Assembly: GCA_965206645.1 (NCBI GenBank)
Contig: CBDBKE010000002.1
Location: 384,001-448,000, forward strand
DNA from: Terriglobia bacterium
GTDB lineage: Bacteria > Acidobacteriota > Terriglobia > JAJPHL01 > JAPKYU01
Direction: 5' to 3'
Length of the DNA: 64,000 nt
Shown here: piece by piece, positions 1 through 10,699 of the stretch
Layout: the number at the start of each line of letters is the position of its first letter
Position numbering within the stretch: the stretch's first letter is position 1
Position numbers and translations under genes: made by a program
Notes under the pieces: model-generated
What the model was told of the DNA's origin: nothing
The model's input: the letters and a program-made list of their open reading frames with translations, nothing else
Database searches by the model: none

Positions 1-440
1 ACCAGGCGAAGTTGGTTGCGCTTCTTTTCGGCAAGCGTGGCTCGCTGCTCGTAGCTGGGGGTGAGGCCGCGCTCGCGTGGCAGGATCCAGATTTGCAGCA
101 GGTGGACCGGCTCGCGTTCTGAGTGGTTGAACTCGCTGTGGGTAACGCCGGTGCCGGCACTCATGCGTTGCAGCTCGCCCGGACGAATCGCCGAGCCGTT
201 CCCCATGCTGTCGCGGTGCTCCAGCACGCCTGCCAGCACGTAGGTCAGGATTTCCATATCGCGATGTGGGTGAGTGGGAAAACCTTGGCCGGGGGCGACC
301 CAGTCTTCGTTGAGTACGCGCAGGTGCCGAAACCCCATGTAGCTGGGGTTGTAATATTGGTCAAAGGAAAAGGTGTGGCGACTGTCGAGCCAGCTCAGCT
401 TCGTGTGGCCGCGCTCATTCGCCGGTCGCAGGCGGATCAT
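1..440 (-). CDS. Pirin family protein (runs off window start)
   Basis: Manual translation from ATG at 440: [26 protein letters not shown]...[12 protein letters not shown]...[13 protein letters not shown]...LLQIWI, the pirin/YhhW cupin motifs. Not in the ORF track because it is open-ended. Confidence 0.9.
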   Translation of the reverse strand, partial: MIRLRPANERGHTKLSWLDSRHTFSFDQYYNPSYMGFRHLRVLNEDWVAPGQGFPTHPHRDMEILTYVLAGVLEHRDSMGNGSAIRPGELQRMSAGTGVTHSEFNHSEREPVHLLQIWILPRERGLTPSYEQRATLAEKKRNQLRL

Positions 441-602
441 GCCGCACTCCTTTCGACTGCCCTAAGCATAAGGGGGACGTGCGGGTTTTGAGCAGTCGTT
501 TCTCTCGAAACAACGCAAGACCACCTCTAGCCCGGCTAATTGAGATTTCGGGGGTGCGCTTGGAAATCGCCCTGGCTTCCGAAAACCTGGTGCGAAAATT
601 GG

Positions 603-1025
603 TTAAGAGGAGCGCGCCGCGCAGCTTAGCTCGCGCCGGATGGCGTCGAGCACGCCGTTGATAAACCCCACCGACTCGTCGGTCGAATAGCGGCGCGCGA
701 TCTCCAGCGCCTCATTGATGGCGACCGCCGGAGCGACGTCGGAGCGGGTGAGGAATTCGCACACGGCCAGCCGCAAGATATTGCGGTCCACGGCCGACAT
801 CCGTTCTAAGCGCCAGTGTTCGGCGTGCGCGCCCAGCATGTGATCAATGGCTTCGCGCCGCTCCAGCACCTGGTCGAACAGGCTGTTGGCGATGGCGCGC
901 ACGGGCGAGTGGGCCCTGGAGCGCTGCCAGTACGATTGCTTGACCCGCTCGGGGGCCTCCTTGCCGAGTTCCCACTGGAACAGCATGCGGAGCACCGCCT
1001 CTCGCGCCTTGCGAGGGATGCTCAT
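603..1025 (-). CDS. nusB: Transcription antitermination factor NusB
   Basis: WRLERMSAVDRNILRLA, AINEALEIARRYS, FINGVLD motifs; follows ribH. Confidence 0.96.
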   Translation of the reverse strand: MSIPRKAREAVLRMLFQWELGKEAPERVKQSYWQRSRAHSPVRAIANSLFDQVLERREAIDHMLGAHAEHWRLERMSAVDRNILRLAVCEFLTRSDVAPAVAINEALEIARRYSTDESVGFINGVLDAIRRELSCAARSS

Positions 1026-1507
1026 GGTGTTTGCCGGAGGCGCTTTAGCAGATTGGCTGTCTCGACGGCCGCCAGCCCGACCTCGAACCCTTTGTTGCCG
1101 GACTTGGCGCCAGCGCGGTGAATCGCCTGCTCCAGGGTGTCGCAGGTGAGCACGCCGAAGATGATGGGGATGCCAGTGGTCAACGCGGCTGCCGTGATGC
1201 CGCGGGACACTTCGCTGCTTATGTATTCGAAATGGGGCGTTTCGCCACGGAGGATGCAGCCCAGGCAGATGACTGCGTCGTAGCGGCCGCTGGCCGCCAT
1301 CTGGCGAGCCGTTACCGGGATTTCAAACGAGCCGGGGACGCGGGCTACCTCGATGGCCGCCGGGTCGGCGCCGGTGCGCTCCAGCGCATCCAGGGCACCG
1401 GCCAGCAGCCGATCGCCGATGAAGGCGTTGAAGCGGCTCACCACAACTCCAAACCGAAGGCCGCGCCCGTCCAGTTCGCCAACATAGTTTTTCATGACCT
1501 GGGCCAT
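1022..1507 (-). CDS. ribH: 6,7-dimethyl-8-ribityllumazine synthase
   Basis: VVSRFN, VPGSFEIP, RGETPHFEY, GNKG motifs; ribH-nusB synteny. Confidence 0.96.
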   Translation of the reverse strand: MAQVMKNYVGELDGRGLRFGVVVSRFNAFIGDRLLAGALDALERTGADPAAIEVARVPGSFEIPVTARQMAASGRYDAVICLGCILRGETPHFEYISSEVSRGITAAALTTGIPIIFGVLTCDTLEQAIHRAGAKSGNKGFEVGLAAVETANLLKRLRQTP

Positions 1508-1522
1508 AGCTTAGCAGTCCTT

Positions 1523-1558
1523 GCTGTCCCGGCAGGCAAGAATACCTGCCGGGACAGC
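1523..1558. repeat. Intergenic hairpin (14-bp perfect stem) between the crotonase gene and ribH
   Basis: GCTGTCCCGGCAGG-caagaata-CCTGCCGGGACAGC; no U-tract. Confidence 0.7.
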
Positions 1559-1572
1559 GGGCCGCACGGGCA

Positions 1573-2355
1573 CTATCGGCCGGTGAAGCGCGGGGCGCGC
1601 TTTTCCAGAAAAGCGCGCGTGCCCTCCTTCATGTCTTCGGTGGCGCAGCAAAGTCCGAACAGTGTGGCCTCCAGGAAGAGTCCCTCGGCCAGGTTCATAC
1701 TCAGGCCGCAGTGGACAGCCTCCATCGCCAGGCGGACGGCCACCGGCCCGTTGGCCAGAATCTGGCTGGCGACGGCTTCGCAGCGCGGCAGCAATTCAGC
1801 CGGTGGCACCACCTCGTTCACCAAGCCGATGCGCAGCGCCTCCCGGGCAGTGATTGGCTCTCCGGTTAACACCAGTTCGAGCGCGCGGCCGGCGCCGATG
1901 AGGCGCGCCAGCCGCTGAGTTCCGCCGTAGCCCGGAATGATCCCCAGCTTCACCTCGGGCTGGCCCAGGCGCGCGGTCTCGGAGGCAATGCGGAGCGTCG
2001 AGGCCATGGCAAGTTCGCAGCCCCCGCCCAGCGCGTGGCCGTTGACGGCGGCGATGACCGGCTTGCCCAGGTGCTCGATGCGGTTCATCACGGCCTGCCC
2101 GGCCACCGCGAACTCCTTGCCTTCGGCTGGGCTTTGGGTGGCCAACTCGTTGATGTCGGCGCCGGCGGCGAACGCCTTCTCGCCGGCTCCGGTCAGAATG
2201 ACCGCGCCGACCTGCTCATCCTGGGCCAGTTGCTCAAAGCACACCCCCAGCTCGCGCAGCGTGGCCCGGTTGAGCGCATTCAGCACGCGGGGCCGGTTGA
2301 GTGTGACGTAGCCGATGCCCTGGCGTGTTTCCACCTGCAGATTCTCGAAAGCCAT
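1573..2355 (-). CDS. Enoyl-CoA hydratase/crotonase
   Basis: Start MAFENLQ after an AGGAGGAG SD; AFAAGADI, GHALGGGCELA, QPEVKLGIIPGYGGTQRL. Confidence 0.93.
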   Translation of the reverse strand: MAFENLQVETRQGIGYVTLNRPRVLNALNRATLRELGVCFEQLAQDEQVGAVILTGAGEKAFAAGADINELATQSPAEGKEFAVAGQAVMNRIEHLGKPVIAAVNGHALGGGCELAMASTLRIASETARLGQPEVKLGIIPGYGGTQRLARLIGAGRALELVLTGEPITAREALRIGLVNEVVPPAELLPRCEAVASQILANGPVAVRLAMEAVHCGLSMNLAEGLFLEATLFGLCCATEDMKEGTRAFLEKRAPRFTGR

Positions 2356-2524
2356 GGCTGCTTGCTCCTCCTTGCATATCCTACGCCGGGTTTCCGCTTG
2401 GCAGTGGGGTTGGGAATCAGGGAATGTGAAAACAGCGCTCCCTGGCGGTCTCGGCTCGGCATGATTGGAAGTGCTGAGGCGAAGGCGCCAAGAAGCGGTC
2501 GTACGTCGATTTCTCCGGCGGCGC

Positions 2525-3412
2525 TCAGCGCAGCAAGTCCAGGGGGCGCGGGGCGGCCGGGTCAGAGTAGTCGTAGAAGCCGCGACCCGATTTGCGCCCC
2601 AGCCAGCCGGCCAGCACCATGCGCCGGAGCAAACCGGGGGCGGCAAAGCGCTTTTCGCGGGACTCCTCGTACAAGATCTGCGAGATGTAGTAGGCAGTGT
2701 CGAGGCCGACAAAATCGAGCAGGGTCAGCGGACCCATGGGGTGGCCGCAGCCCAGCTTCATCGCGGTGTCAATGTCGGTGACGGTCGCCAGGCCTTCTTC
2801 GCAGGCGCGGACAGCCTCCATCAGGTACGGGGTCAGCAGCCGGTTGACGATGAAGCCGGCGCGGTCGGGAACTCGCACCACCGTCTTCCCCAGGCGCTCG
2901 GCAAAAGTCACCACTGTTTCCAGCACGGCCGGGTCGGTGGCAATGGTGCGAGCCACTTCCACCGGCTTCATCACTGGAACAGGGTTGAAGAAGTGCAGGC
3001 CAAGGAAGCGCTCGGGCCGTGTGGTGGCCGTCATTAGCTCAGTGATCGAAAGCGAGCTGGTGTTGCTGGCGAAAATGGCCTGGCGCTTCACGATGCTGTC
3101 TAGCTTCCGGAAAGTCTCCAGCTTGGCCTGCAGGTTTTCGGTGACTGCCTCAATGACCAGGTCGCAGTCGGCAAGGGCAGCCAGCTCGGTGGAGCCGTGC
3201 AGCCGGCTGCGGATGGCGTCGCGTTGTTCCGGTGCCAGCGAGCCCTTCTCCACCTGGCGGGCCAGATACTTCTCGATGTTACGCAAACCGCGGGCGCACA
3301 ATTCTTGCAAGGCTTCGACAACGGTGGTGGGAAACCCGGCCGCGGCGCAGACCTGAGCGATGCCTGAGCCCATCAGCCCGCAGCCCACTACACCTACCTT
3401 GTGCACTTCCAT
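2525..3412 (-). CDS. hbd: 3-hydroxybutyryl-CoA (3-hydroxyacyl-CoA) dehydrogenase
   Basis: GCGLMGSGIA Rossmann motif, ASNTSSLSI, GLHFFNP, GFIVNRLL, GWLGRKSGRGFY. Confidence 0.92.
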   Translation of the reverse strand: MEVHKVGVVGCGLMGSGIAQVCAAAGFPTTVVEALQELCARGLRNIEKYLARQVEKGSLAPEQRDAIRSRLHGSTELAALADCDLVIEAVTENLQAKLETFRKLDSIVKRQAIFASNTSSLSITELMTATTRPERFLGLHFFNPVPVMKPVEVARTIATDPAVLETVVTFAERLGKTVVRVPDRAGFIVNRLLTPYLMEAVRACEEGLATVTDIDTAMKLGCGHPMGPLTLLDFVGLDTAYYISQILYEESREKRFAAPGLLRRMVLAGWLGRKSGRGFYDYSDPAAPRPLDLLR

Positions 3413-3414
3413 AG

Positions 3415-3462
3415 CTAGGTACTCCTGGGGCCAGATACTCCTGGGACTAGGTACTCCTGGCG
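3415..3462. repeat. 16-bp tandem repeat x3 containing the hbd Shine-Dalgarno
   Basis: ctaggtactcctgggg / ccagatactcctggga / ctaggtactcctggcg; each reads CCAGGAGTA on the minus strand. Confidence 0.85.
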
Positions 3463-3476
3463 GGAATCACCTGCCG

Positions 3477-6031
3477 TCAGGCGGCGGTGGACGATTCCAG
3501 CGGCGGCTTCAATAATTTAGAGGCGCCACCACCCTCCCCCTGGGCCCCCTCCAGGGCCTGTTCCAGGCGGTTGATCAGTTCAGTGACGCTATCCACTGGG
3601 TCGATGTCGCCTTCCAGGAATGCTTCGGCGATGCCGGCGGTCATTGGCAGGCCGTCTCCGCCGGCCATCTTGACTCCGCCTATCATCTTGCGCATCTTGT
3701 CCACCACGAAGAACGTGTCCTTGCCTTTGGTGTCGGGGAGAACCAGGGCCAGGGTCGTGGTGTCGTAGCGGATGGCGATGGCGTTCTGGCGCAGGTAGCC
3801 CATGATCACCTGCGCTGCCTCCTGCACGTACGGCTGCACGACCGCCTCCTCCAGCTCGCGCGCCGCCTGCGACTCGCGCCCAAACTGTAGCAGCAGAACC
3901 GACAGCGGGGTGCGCTGTTTTTGCGCCCGGCCGCATTCTGAGAGCAGGGCATTCAAGTAGGAGCCGCGGTTGAGCAGCCCAGATCCCTCGTCGGCCACCG
4001 CCAGCGTCTTCATCAAGCTGCGCAATTTGACGTGGGAGATGGCGATCGTAGTCTGGTCCACGAGCGCTTTGAGGACCACGACGTCGTTGGACCGCCAGCG
4101 GCGCATCCGGTCCCATTGCTCGAACACAATAATGCCGATGGGCTGATCGGTCTCCATCATGGGCAGCGCCAGCAGCGACTTGATCTGCAGGGACTGTAGG
4201 ACGGGGGCAAGCTTGGAGAGCTTGGCGGAAGCAGCCGCGTCCTCCACCGACAGCGGGTTCCCGTCCGAGGTGAGCTGCACCAGCGAGGAGACCAGCTTCA
4301 CGATGGAAATCACCTCGGACTGGGGTATGCCCGAGGCACAGTATTCCAGCACTGCCGAAGGGGGCTTGCCGGGCGTGCACAAGCCGGCGACACAACGGCT
4401 GACCCGCCAGGTTTTTCCGATTTCGTTGGCGGCGGTGGACATGACCGCCTTGACGGTGCCTTCCCGGTAGATATTGCGGGTGATTTCGGCGACGCGGGTG
4501 ATGTCGGCCAGCGTTTCTTCGGCCGACGGAGTGGCAGTCGGCTCGCCGCTCGGCGCTGCTGCCGCTGCCGGCGCCGGTTTGGGTGAAAATTGAGCCGACG
4601 CGTACAGGGAACGCAGCTTCTCGTTGCGTTGCTCCTCGCCAGGGAACAGCCGGGCGATCCGCTGCAGGCGCTCGACGGCCCGATGCTTCAGCCCGTACTG
4701 CTGGAAAATCTCGGCTTGCAAGATCAGGTCTTCCAGGACATCGCTTTCCGCTTCACCGTCGGCACTCTGCCCAGCCTCTTGCGACGGTGCTTCGGCAGAA
4801 GCCACTGGAGCTGTAGTGTCGGCAGCCTGCTGGAAGCGGGAGGCAATCGCCTGGTAACGATGCGGGTCCAGCTTCCCGCTCAGCCGCTGCAGGCGCTCGC
4901 TGTTCCGGGCATCGTAGGGGTCCACGTCCACCAGGCGGTCCAAGGCGTTAGCCGCCTTGATGTACTCTTCGGCATCCGTGTGCAGGTCGAAGAGTTGGCC
5001 CTGTGTGGTGCTGAACAGGAGTCGTAGTTCAGCTCGTTGTACAGGTCAGCCAGAAACTCCAACACCTCGACGCCCGCCAGGCCCTTCTGCTGCAATCCCT
5101 CCACGGAGGAGATGAAGTCGCGGTCCTTCTGGGCTGCGAACATGGACTTCTTCAGTTTGCGCAGAAGTTTGGCGGCTTGCTCACTGTTCCGCCGGCGCAG
5201 ATAGCCCTCCGTTACCCGCTGCAGGTTCTGGTAGGCGTCAGGGAACTCAGGAGCGATGCCCCAAAGCAGCTCCTCGGCGCGGGCTAGGTTCCCCGTGGCC
5301 AGGTGCGCCTGGGCCAATAACCGGTTGACTTCCGGGAGGCCTTGAGCCGCCAGCGGTTCCAGCAGTTGGGCGGCGCGTCCGGGGCTGCCGGACTCAAAAA
5401 GCACCGTGGCCAGCGCCGTGGCTACATGCCCGTCACTGGGGGCTAGGGCCTGGGCCCGTTCCAGTAGCGCGAGGGTTTGGTCGTCGCCGTCGGCTTGGCT
5501 GGCGCGGCGTAAATCCGCCGCCCGCGCCAGGGAGCCAGCGGCCAGCTCCTTACTCCCCAAGCTCTCTGCGACCTCGCCCAGCTGCAGGTGCACGTCGGGA
5601 TTCAGGTCGTCCAGTGCCGCCAGACCGCGCAGCGCCTCCAGCGCTTTGCCCTGATCGCCGCGCTCCAAGAAGGTCTGTGCGGCAACCCGGTAGCTCTCTT
5701 GTGCTTCCTCAGGCCTCTGTTTTTCCTGGAACCGGGCGACGGTCAGCATCCGATCCGGATCCTGTTCGCCCAGCTTGCCCATCTTGCGGAACACCAGAAT
5801 GGCCTTGGAGCCATCGTTTCGCTCTGTGTGCTTGTCGAACAGGTACCCGTAACACTCCAGCGCCCGGTTCTTATGATTTTGCCGCACGTAGAGGTCAGCC
5901 ACGATTTCAGCTACCGCGTCGTTGTGGGGATCCTCTTTCCAGGCAGCCAGGTACTGTTCGATAGCCGCGTCGAGCCGGTTCTTTTGGAGGTATTTCTCGG
6001 CTTTTTCCAGGCGCTTGGTGATATCCGGCAT
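3477..6031 (-). pseudogene. TPR-repeat + GAF + degenerate GGDEF protein, frameshifted near 5020
   Basis: The TPR-like ORF 4880-6031 continues in another frame (LFSTTQGQLFDLH...ALDRLVDVDPYD) into ORF 3477-4943. That ORF has a GAF domain (IKSLLALPMM..IGIIVFEQ..RRW) and a GGDEF fold (DEGSGLLNR...IRYDTTT). Confidence 0.8.
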
Positions 6032-6181
6032 GGGACCCCGCGGCAGTGGCGGGTTGGCTTGCGAAAGTCATTCTAATGAAACTGGACGGAATTGACAACC
6101 GCGCAACCTCTCTGCTAGGTTCAACTCGGTGCTTGTCTTGACCCACCTGCGAGCTCTTCCTGGGCAAATCGTCTTCCTCGG

Positions 6182-7981
6182 ATGCATCGCGAGTTAATCC
6201 GCAATTTCTCGATTATCGCCCACATCGACCACGGGAAATCCACGCTCGCCGACCGGCTGCTGGAATGGACAGGAGCCCTGAGCTCGCGCGAGATGGCCGA
6301 GCAAGTGCTGGACAGCATGGAGCTGGAGCGCGAACGCGGCATCACCATCAAGGCCCATGCGGTTCGTCTCAATTACCGGGCCCGCGACGGACAAATCTAT
6401 CAGCTCAACCTGATTGACACGCCGGGGCACGTGGACTTTACCTACGAGGTCTCGCGCAGCCTGGCCGCTTGCGAAGGAGCGTTGCTGGTGGTGGACGCCT
6501 CGCAAGGTGTGGAAGCGCAGACGCTTGCCAATACATTCCTGGCTCTGGAGCACAACCTGGAAATCATCCCGGTCATCAACAAGATTGACCTACCGGCGGC
6601 CGAACCAGAAAAAGTACGCGCGCAAGTGGAGCACTTGATTGGCTTGGCGGGCCACGAAGCTCTGCTCATCAGCGCCAAGCACGGAGGAGGGATCGAGGAG
6701 GTGCTGGAAGCGGTGGTGGCCCGCGTGCCTGCTCCCCGGGGCAATCCGCAAGACCCACTGCGTGCCCTGATTTTCGACTCCTGGTTCGACCCCTACCGCG
6801 GCGCAGTGGTGCTGGTGCGAATGAAGGAAGGGACCCTGCACTGCGGCCAGCGCATCCGGCTGTGGTCCAACGGGCAGGTCTTTACGGTTGAGGAATTGGG
6901 CGTGCTGACGCCTAAGCCCGTTGCGGTCACCCAACTCGGGCCGGGCGAGGTGGGACTGCTGGTGGCCAACATTAAGCGTGTGGCGGACACCAAGATTGGC
7001 GACACCGTCACCGAGGATCGGCGGCCTGCCGCCGCGCCCCTGCCCGGCTTCGACGAGGCCAAGCCGATGGTCTTTGCCGGGCTCTATCCGGTGGATGCCG
7101 ACCACCAGGAGCCCTTGCGCGATGCTCTGAACAAGCTGCGACTCAATGATTCCTCGTTCTTCTTCGAACCGGAGAGTTCGGAGGCGCTTGGCTTCGGATT
7201 CCGCTGCGGATTCCTGGGACTGTTGCACATGGAAATCGTGCAGGAGCGGTTGGAGCGCGAGTTCCACTTGGAGTTGATCACTACGGCTCCGGGTGTTCGC
7301 TACCGTGTGATCACTCACTCGGGCGAGATGCGCGAACTGGACAACCCCAGTCGGTTGCCGACGGTGCAAGAAATCGCTCAGATCGAGGAGCCCATTCTCA
7401 CTGCCACCATCATCACTCCCGACGAATACCTGGGAAACGTCCTGAAGCTGCTGGGAGAGAAACGTGGTGTGCAAAAGGGCTTCGAATACCTGGCGCCGGG
7501 GCGTGTCCTGCTGACCTATGAACTTCCCCTGAATGAGGTTGTGCTGGATTTCTACGACCGTTTGAAAACGGTTTCCCGCGGGTACGCCTCGCTCGACTAC
7601 CACCTCTCCGGCTACCGTGAGGCCCCGCTGGTGAAGCTGGACATCCTGGTGGCGGGCGAACCGGTGGACGCGCTTTCCACCGTCGTGCATCGCGATCGCG
7701 CCTATGCTCGCGGCAAGGCCCTGGTGGAAAAGATGAAAGAGCTGATCCCTCGTCAGTCATTCGAGGTCACCCTGCAAGCCGCCATCGGCAACCGGGTCAT
7801 CGCCCGGGAAACGGTGCGGGCGTTGCGAAAAAACGTGCTGGCCAAGTGCTACGGCGGAGACGTCACCCGTAAGAGGAAGCTGCTCGAGAGGCAGAAGGAA
7901 GGCAAGCGGCGGATGAAACGAGTGGGCCGCGTGGACATTCCCCAGGAAGCTTTCCTGGCGGTGCTGCGCGTCGAAACCTGA
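6182..7981 (+). CDS. lepA: Translation elongation factor 4
   Basis: [53 protein letters not shown]; 599 aa. Confidence 0.99.
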   Translation: MHRELIRNFSIIAHIDHGKSTLADRLLEWTGALSSREMAEQVLDSMELERERGITIKAHAVRLNYRARDGQIYQLNLIDTPGHVDFTYEVSRSLAACEGALLVVDASQGVEAQTLANTFLALEHNLEIIPVINKIDLPAAEPEKVRAQVEHLIGLAGHEALLISAKHGGGIEEVLEAVVARVPAPRGNPQDPLRALIFDSWFDPYRGAVVLVRMKEGTLHCGQRIRLWSNGQVFTVEELGVLTPKPVAVTQLGPGEVGLLVANIKRVADTKIGDTVTEDRRPAAAPLPGFDEAKPMVFAGLYPVDADHQEPLRDALNKLRLNDSSFFFEPESSEALGFGFRCGFLGLLHMEIVQERLEREFHLELITTAPGVRYRVITHSGEMRELDNPSRLPTVQEIAQIEEPILTATIITPDEYLGNVLKLLGEKRGVQKGFEYLAPGRVLLTYELPLNEVVLDFYDRLKTVSRGYASLDYHLSGYREAPLVKLDILVAGEPVDALSTVVHRDRAYARGKALVEKMKELIPRQSFEVTLQAAIGNRVIARETVRALRKNVLAKCYGGDVTRKRKLLERQKEGKRRMKRVGRVDIPQEAFLAVLRVET

Positions 7982-8016
7982 AACGATGGATTGGCAACCA
8001 AGACCTCAGGAGCCAG

Positions 8017-8142
8017 GAGAAGATGCTTATCAGCGAGTAGACCGTCAAGGACCACGTGCACAATATCTTCGACAAGCTCCGGGTTTCCGACCGTCCGGAG
8101 CTGGCGCTCTACGCAATTCAGAAGAAGCTAATCGAGTCCTAA
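8017..8142 (+). pseudogene. Degenerate fragment of a LuxR HTH C-terminus (inverted paralog of the 3' end of 10700-11410)
   Basis: EKMLISE*TVKDHVHNIFDKLRVSDRPELALYAIQKKL versus EKMFISEQTVKNHLHNIFDKLGVSDRLELALYAIHKKL. Confidence 0.85.
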
Positions 8143-8167
8143 GCCTAGTCCCGTCTTCACTTGCCTT

Positions 8168-9755
8168 GTGCCGCCAGTCGATCACAACCGGACGCATTGG
8201 CTCGCGCACGGAGAGTTTGTGACTTCCGGCGTAGCACGCGAGACGAAATGGAGCCTCTGGTACGATGACCAGTGTGAGGTCTGTCAGGCCGGCGTGGCGT
8301 GGTTGCGTTGGCTCAATCGACGGCAACGTTGTGGTGTGGTCGCAATCCCTCTTTCCAGCGTGTTGGCGAGCGATCCGGACGTAGCACCACCGGGCGTCCC
8401 CATGGAGGACCTTTTGCGCAACCTCCACGTGGCGGCGCCCAGCGGACAGGTCTTCGTGGGAGCCCCAGCCGTTGCGGCGCTCGCCCGCTTGTTCCCTCTA
8501 ACTTGGTTTGTCGGATGGCTGGCGAGCGTCCCAGGGGTCTCCGTAATTGCGGGATGGTTCTATCGATGGGTAGCGGCAAACAGATACAGCTTGAGCCGTT
8601 GCCGCGGCGGCGTATGCAGGAGCGTTGATCAAAATCTCGTCCGACAGGAGGCACCGTGGAGGGCATTCCAGATCTGCCGCCTCTTGGGATGGGGCATCGT
8701 CGCCCCTCTCAGTGCACTCCTCTACATTCGGCGTTTGGGATTCCAGTCAGTCACCTGGTGGCGCACCCGCAACCGTGTGGCGACGCTGCTTGGCGGTCGA
8801 CTCTCGATCTACTTTCTCCGGGGCGGAATCAGTTGGACGGTTTCCCTGCTGTTCGGCGAACTGTTCACCATGATCCGCTATCGCTCGCTCCTCGTCGATC
8901 CCGGAGGGACACGCATGCGGGGCTGCGTGGCACGCCACCTCGAAAGATCAAAGCACGAAATCAGATACGTGGTGGCAACGCACGCCCACGAAGAGCACGG
9001 CGGAAACCTCGAGCTGGCCGCCGGCGCCACCGGGGCGCGCGTCCGGGCCCATCCACGCACCTATCCCGATGTTGCTTGCGCCTCCGCGAATCCCCTTTAT
9101 GCGGAGGCTGGTCATTGGGCAACCCTGCGCGGTCCTCTCGCCCATCGAACCTTTGGCAGAGTGGCTTGCCCTGGGTCAAGAGGATTGCGATCTCGTTCAG
9201 GTCATTGAAACACCAGGCCACTGCGACGAACACGTCAGCTTCCACATCCCCCACGAAAGATTGTTGCTGGCCGGCGATGCGTTCATGGGCACGCACTTCT
9301 CGAGCCCAAACGAGGAGGTTGATCACCACGGCTGGATTGTGGCTCTGGAACGGCTGTTGCAGCTGGAGATCGAGATCATGATCGAGGCACACGGGCACGT
9401 GCACACCCTCCGCGAAGATGTCCTGCTCGAGCTGGAGCGAGCCGGATTCTCCTCGATCACCTCACGCCGGGATCCGAAGGAACTTCTGCGGCAGAAGCTT
9501 GAGTTCTTGCGGTGAGTGGGTGAGCAGATCGCGCTCGGCGAACGCGAGCGCCTTCCACGACAATGGATTCAGGCGACCGTCTTCCCCTGGACCCAGCGCT
9601 GGTCGTACGAATCGGCAATCGGCGATGCGCTTGCCGCTCTCCTCAGCAGCCGGGCGTTCGGCCGGCACAAGGTCGTGCGGAGCTTCCGCCCGCCGTCCGA
9701 TGAGCAAGAAGGACTTCCAAGGATCTACGAGCTTCGGTGGTCCGGACGACCCTAG
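8168..9755 (+). pseudogene. DCC1/DUF393 thiol-disulfide domain fused to an MBL-fold metallo-hydrolase; frameshift near 9065 and in-frame TGA at 9513
   Basis: YDDQCEVC and YRWVAANRY (DCC1-like); VDPG, THAHEEH, TPGHC, AGD, EAHG (MBL). Three consecutive ORF pieces. Confidence 0.75.
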
Positions 9756-9836
9756 CGCTCAGTCGCTGACCAGGAGCCGGAAGGCTCCGGGCCACATTCT
9801 GACTCCTTGGGCAAGCCAACGAGCTCACGGGAACCG

Positions 9837-9910
9837 TCAGGATAGGGTGAAGGAATCGCCCAGGGCCCAGCGCAAGCCGTTCAGCAGGTGCGGAAGCGTC
9901 GGCTGGAGTG
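9837..9910 (-). pseudogene. Remnant of a second ThuA-domain C-terminus
   Basis: Reads HLLNGLRWALGDSFTLS*, compared with FLLNGLRWVMGDAK* in the adjacent gene. Confidence 0.6.
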
Positions 9911-9930
9911 GGGCAGGCAAGGCGCCGCCG

Positions 9931-10659
9931 CTACTTGGCATCGCCCATGACCCAGCGCAGCCCGTTTAGCAGGAAGGTCCGGAGGCGTTCGCCGGCCCAG
10001 ATATCGGGCAGGTGCCCCGGCGCAGAGTAAAAAACCCGTCCCTGGCCATAGGTGCGCGTCCAGGCCACGCCGAAGTCTTTGTCGGTACGGTTAACTTCCT
10101 TGTTGTTCAAATCCACCGAATCGGTGTCCAGGCTGAGCAGCACGTGCACCTTGTCGCGTGACCAGTTTCGGAACTCGTAAATCTCGTCCTTGATGGCGAA
10201 CGCCTCGCCCATGTGCCGTGTGGCCGGGTGGTTCCGGTCTTCCACCTTCATGCGCACTTCGGGCCAGGCGCTTTCGCGGTCCAGCTCGTGCCAGGGATGC
10301 CCGTTGTAGTAGCCGCCGATCAGCTCTCCGTACGCTGGCCACCGGTAGAAGGTGTCGGTGGCGCTATGGAGGCCGGCAAGGCCTTTACCCCCGCGGACAA
10401 AATCCAGCAGCGCTTGCTTCTGCTCCTCGGAAATGGGCAGCTCCCCGCTCGTAAAGAACAACACCGCGTCATATTTCTTCAAGTTCTCTGCGGTGAGTAC
10501 GCTGCAGTCATCGGTGACCGTGGTCTCAAAGGCGCCGCTTTCCTCTCCGATTTGTTTCACGATCGGTCCGGTCTTGACCGCGCTCTCGTGCAGGTAGGTG
10601 AAGGCTAGATCTCCGGCAGCGCCGGGGGCCGCGTGATACAGATAGAGCAACCTGCGCAT
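9931..10659 (-). CDS. ThuA-like domain protein
   Basis: YDAVLFFTSGE, GGKGLAGLHSATDT, DEIYEF, WTRTYGQGRVFYS.GH. Confidence 0.88.
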   Translation of the reverse strand: MRRLLYLYHAAPGAAGDLAFTYLHESAVKTGPIVKQIGEESGAFETTVTDDCSVLTAENLKKYDAVLFFTSGELPISEEQKQALLDFVRGGKGLAGLHSATDTFYRWPAYGELIGGYYNGHPWHELDRESAWPEVRMKVEDRNHPATRHMGEAFAIKDEIYEFRNWSRDKVHVLLSLDTDSVDLNNKEVNRTDKDFGVAWTRTYGQGRVFYSAPGHLPDIWAGERLRTFLLNGLRWVMGDAK

Positions 10660-10699
10660 GGAAATTCCTCCGGAACGGACCGGGCTCGCCGGAACGGTG

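Noticed and set aside
1508-1572. FMN riboswitch upstream of ribH
   Set aside because: The interval is only 65 nt with one hairpin and no RFN consensus.
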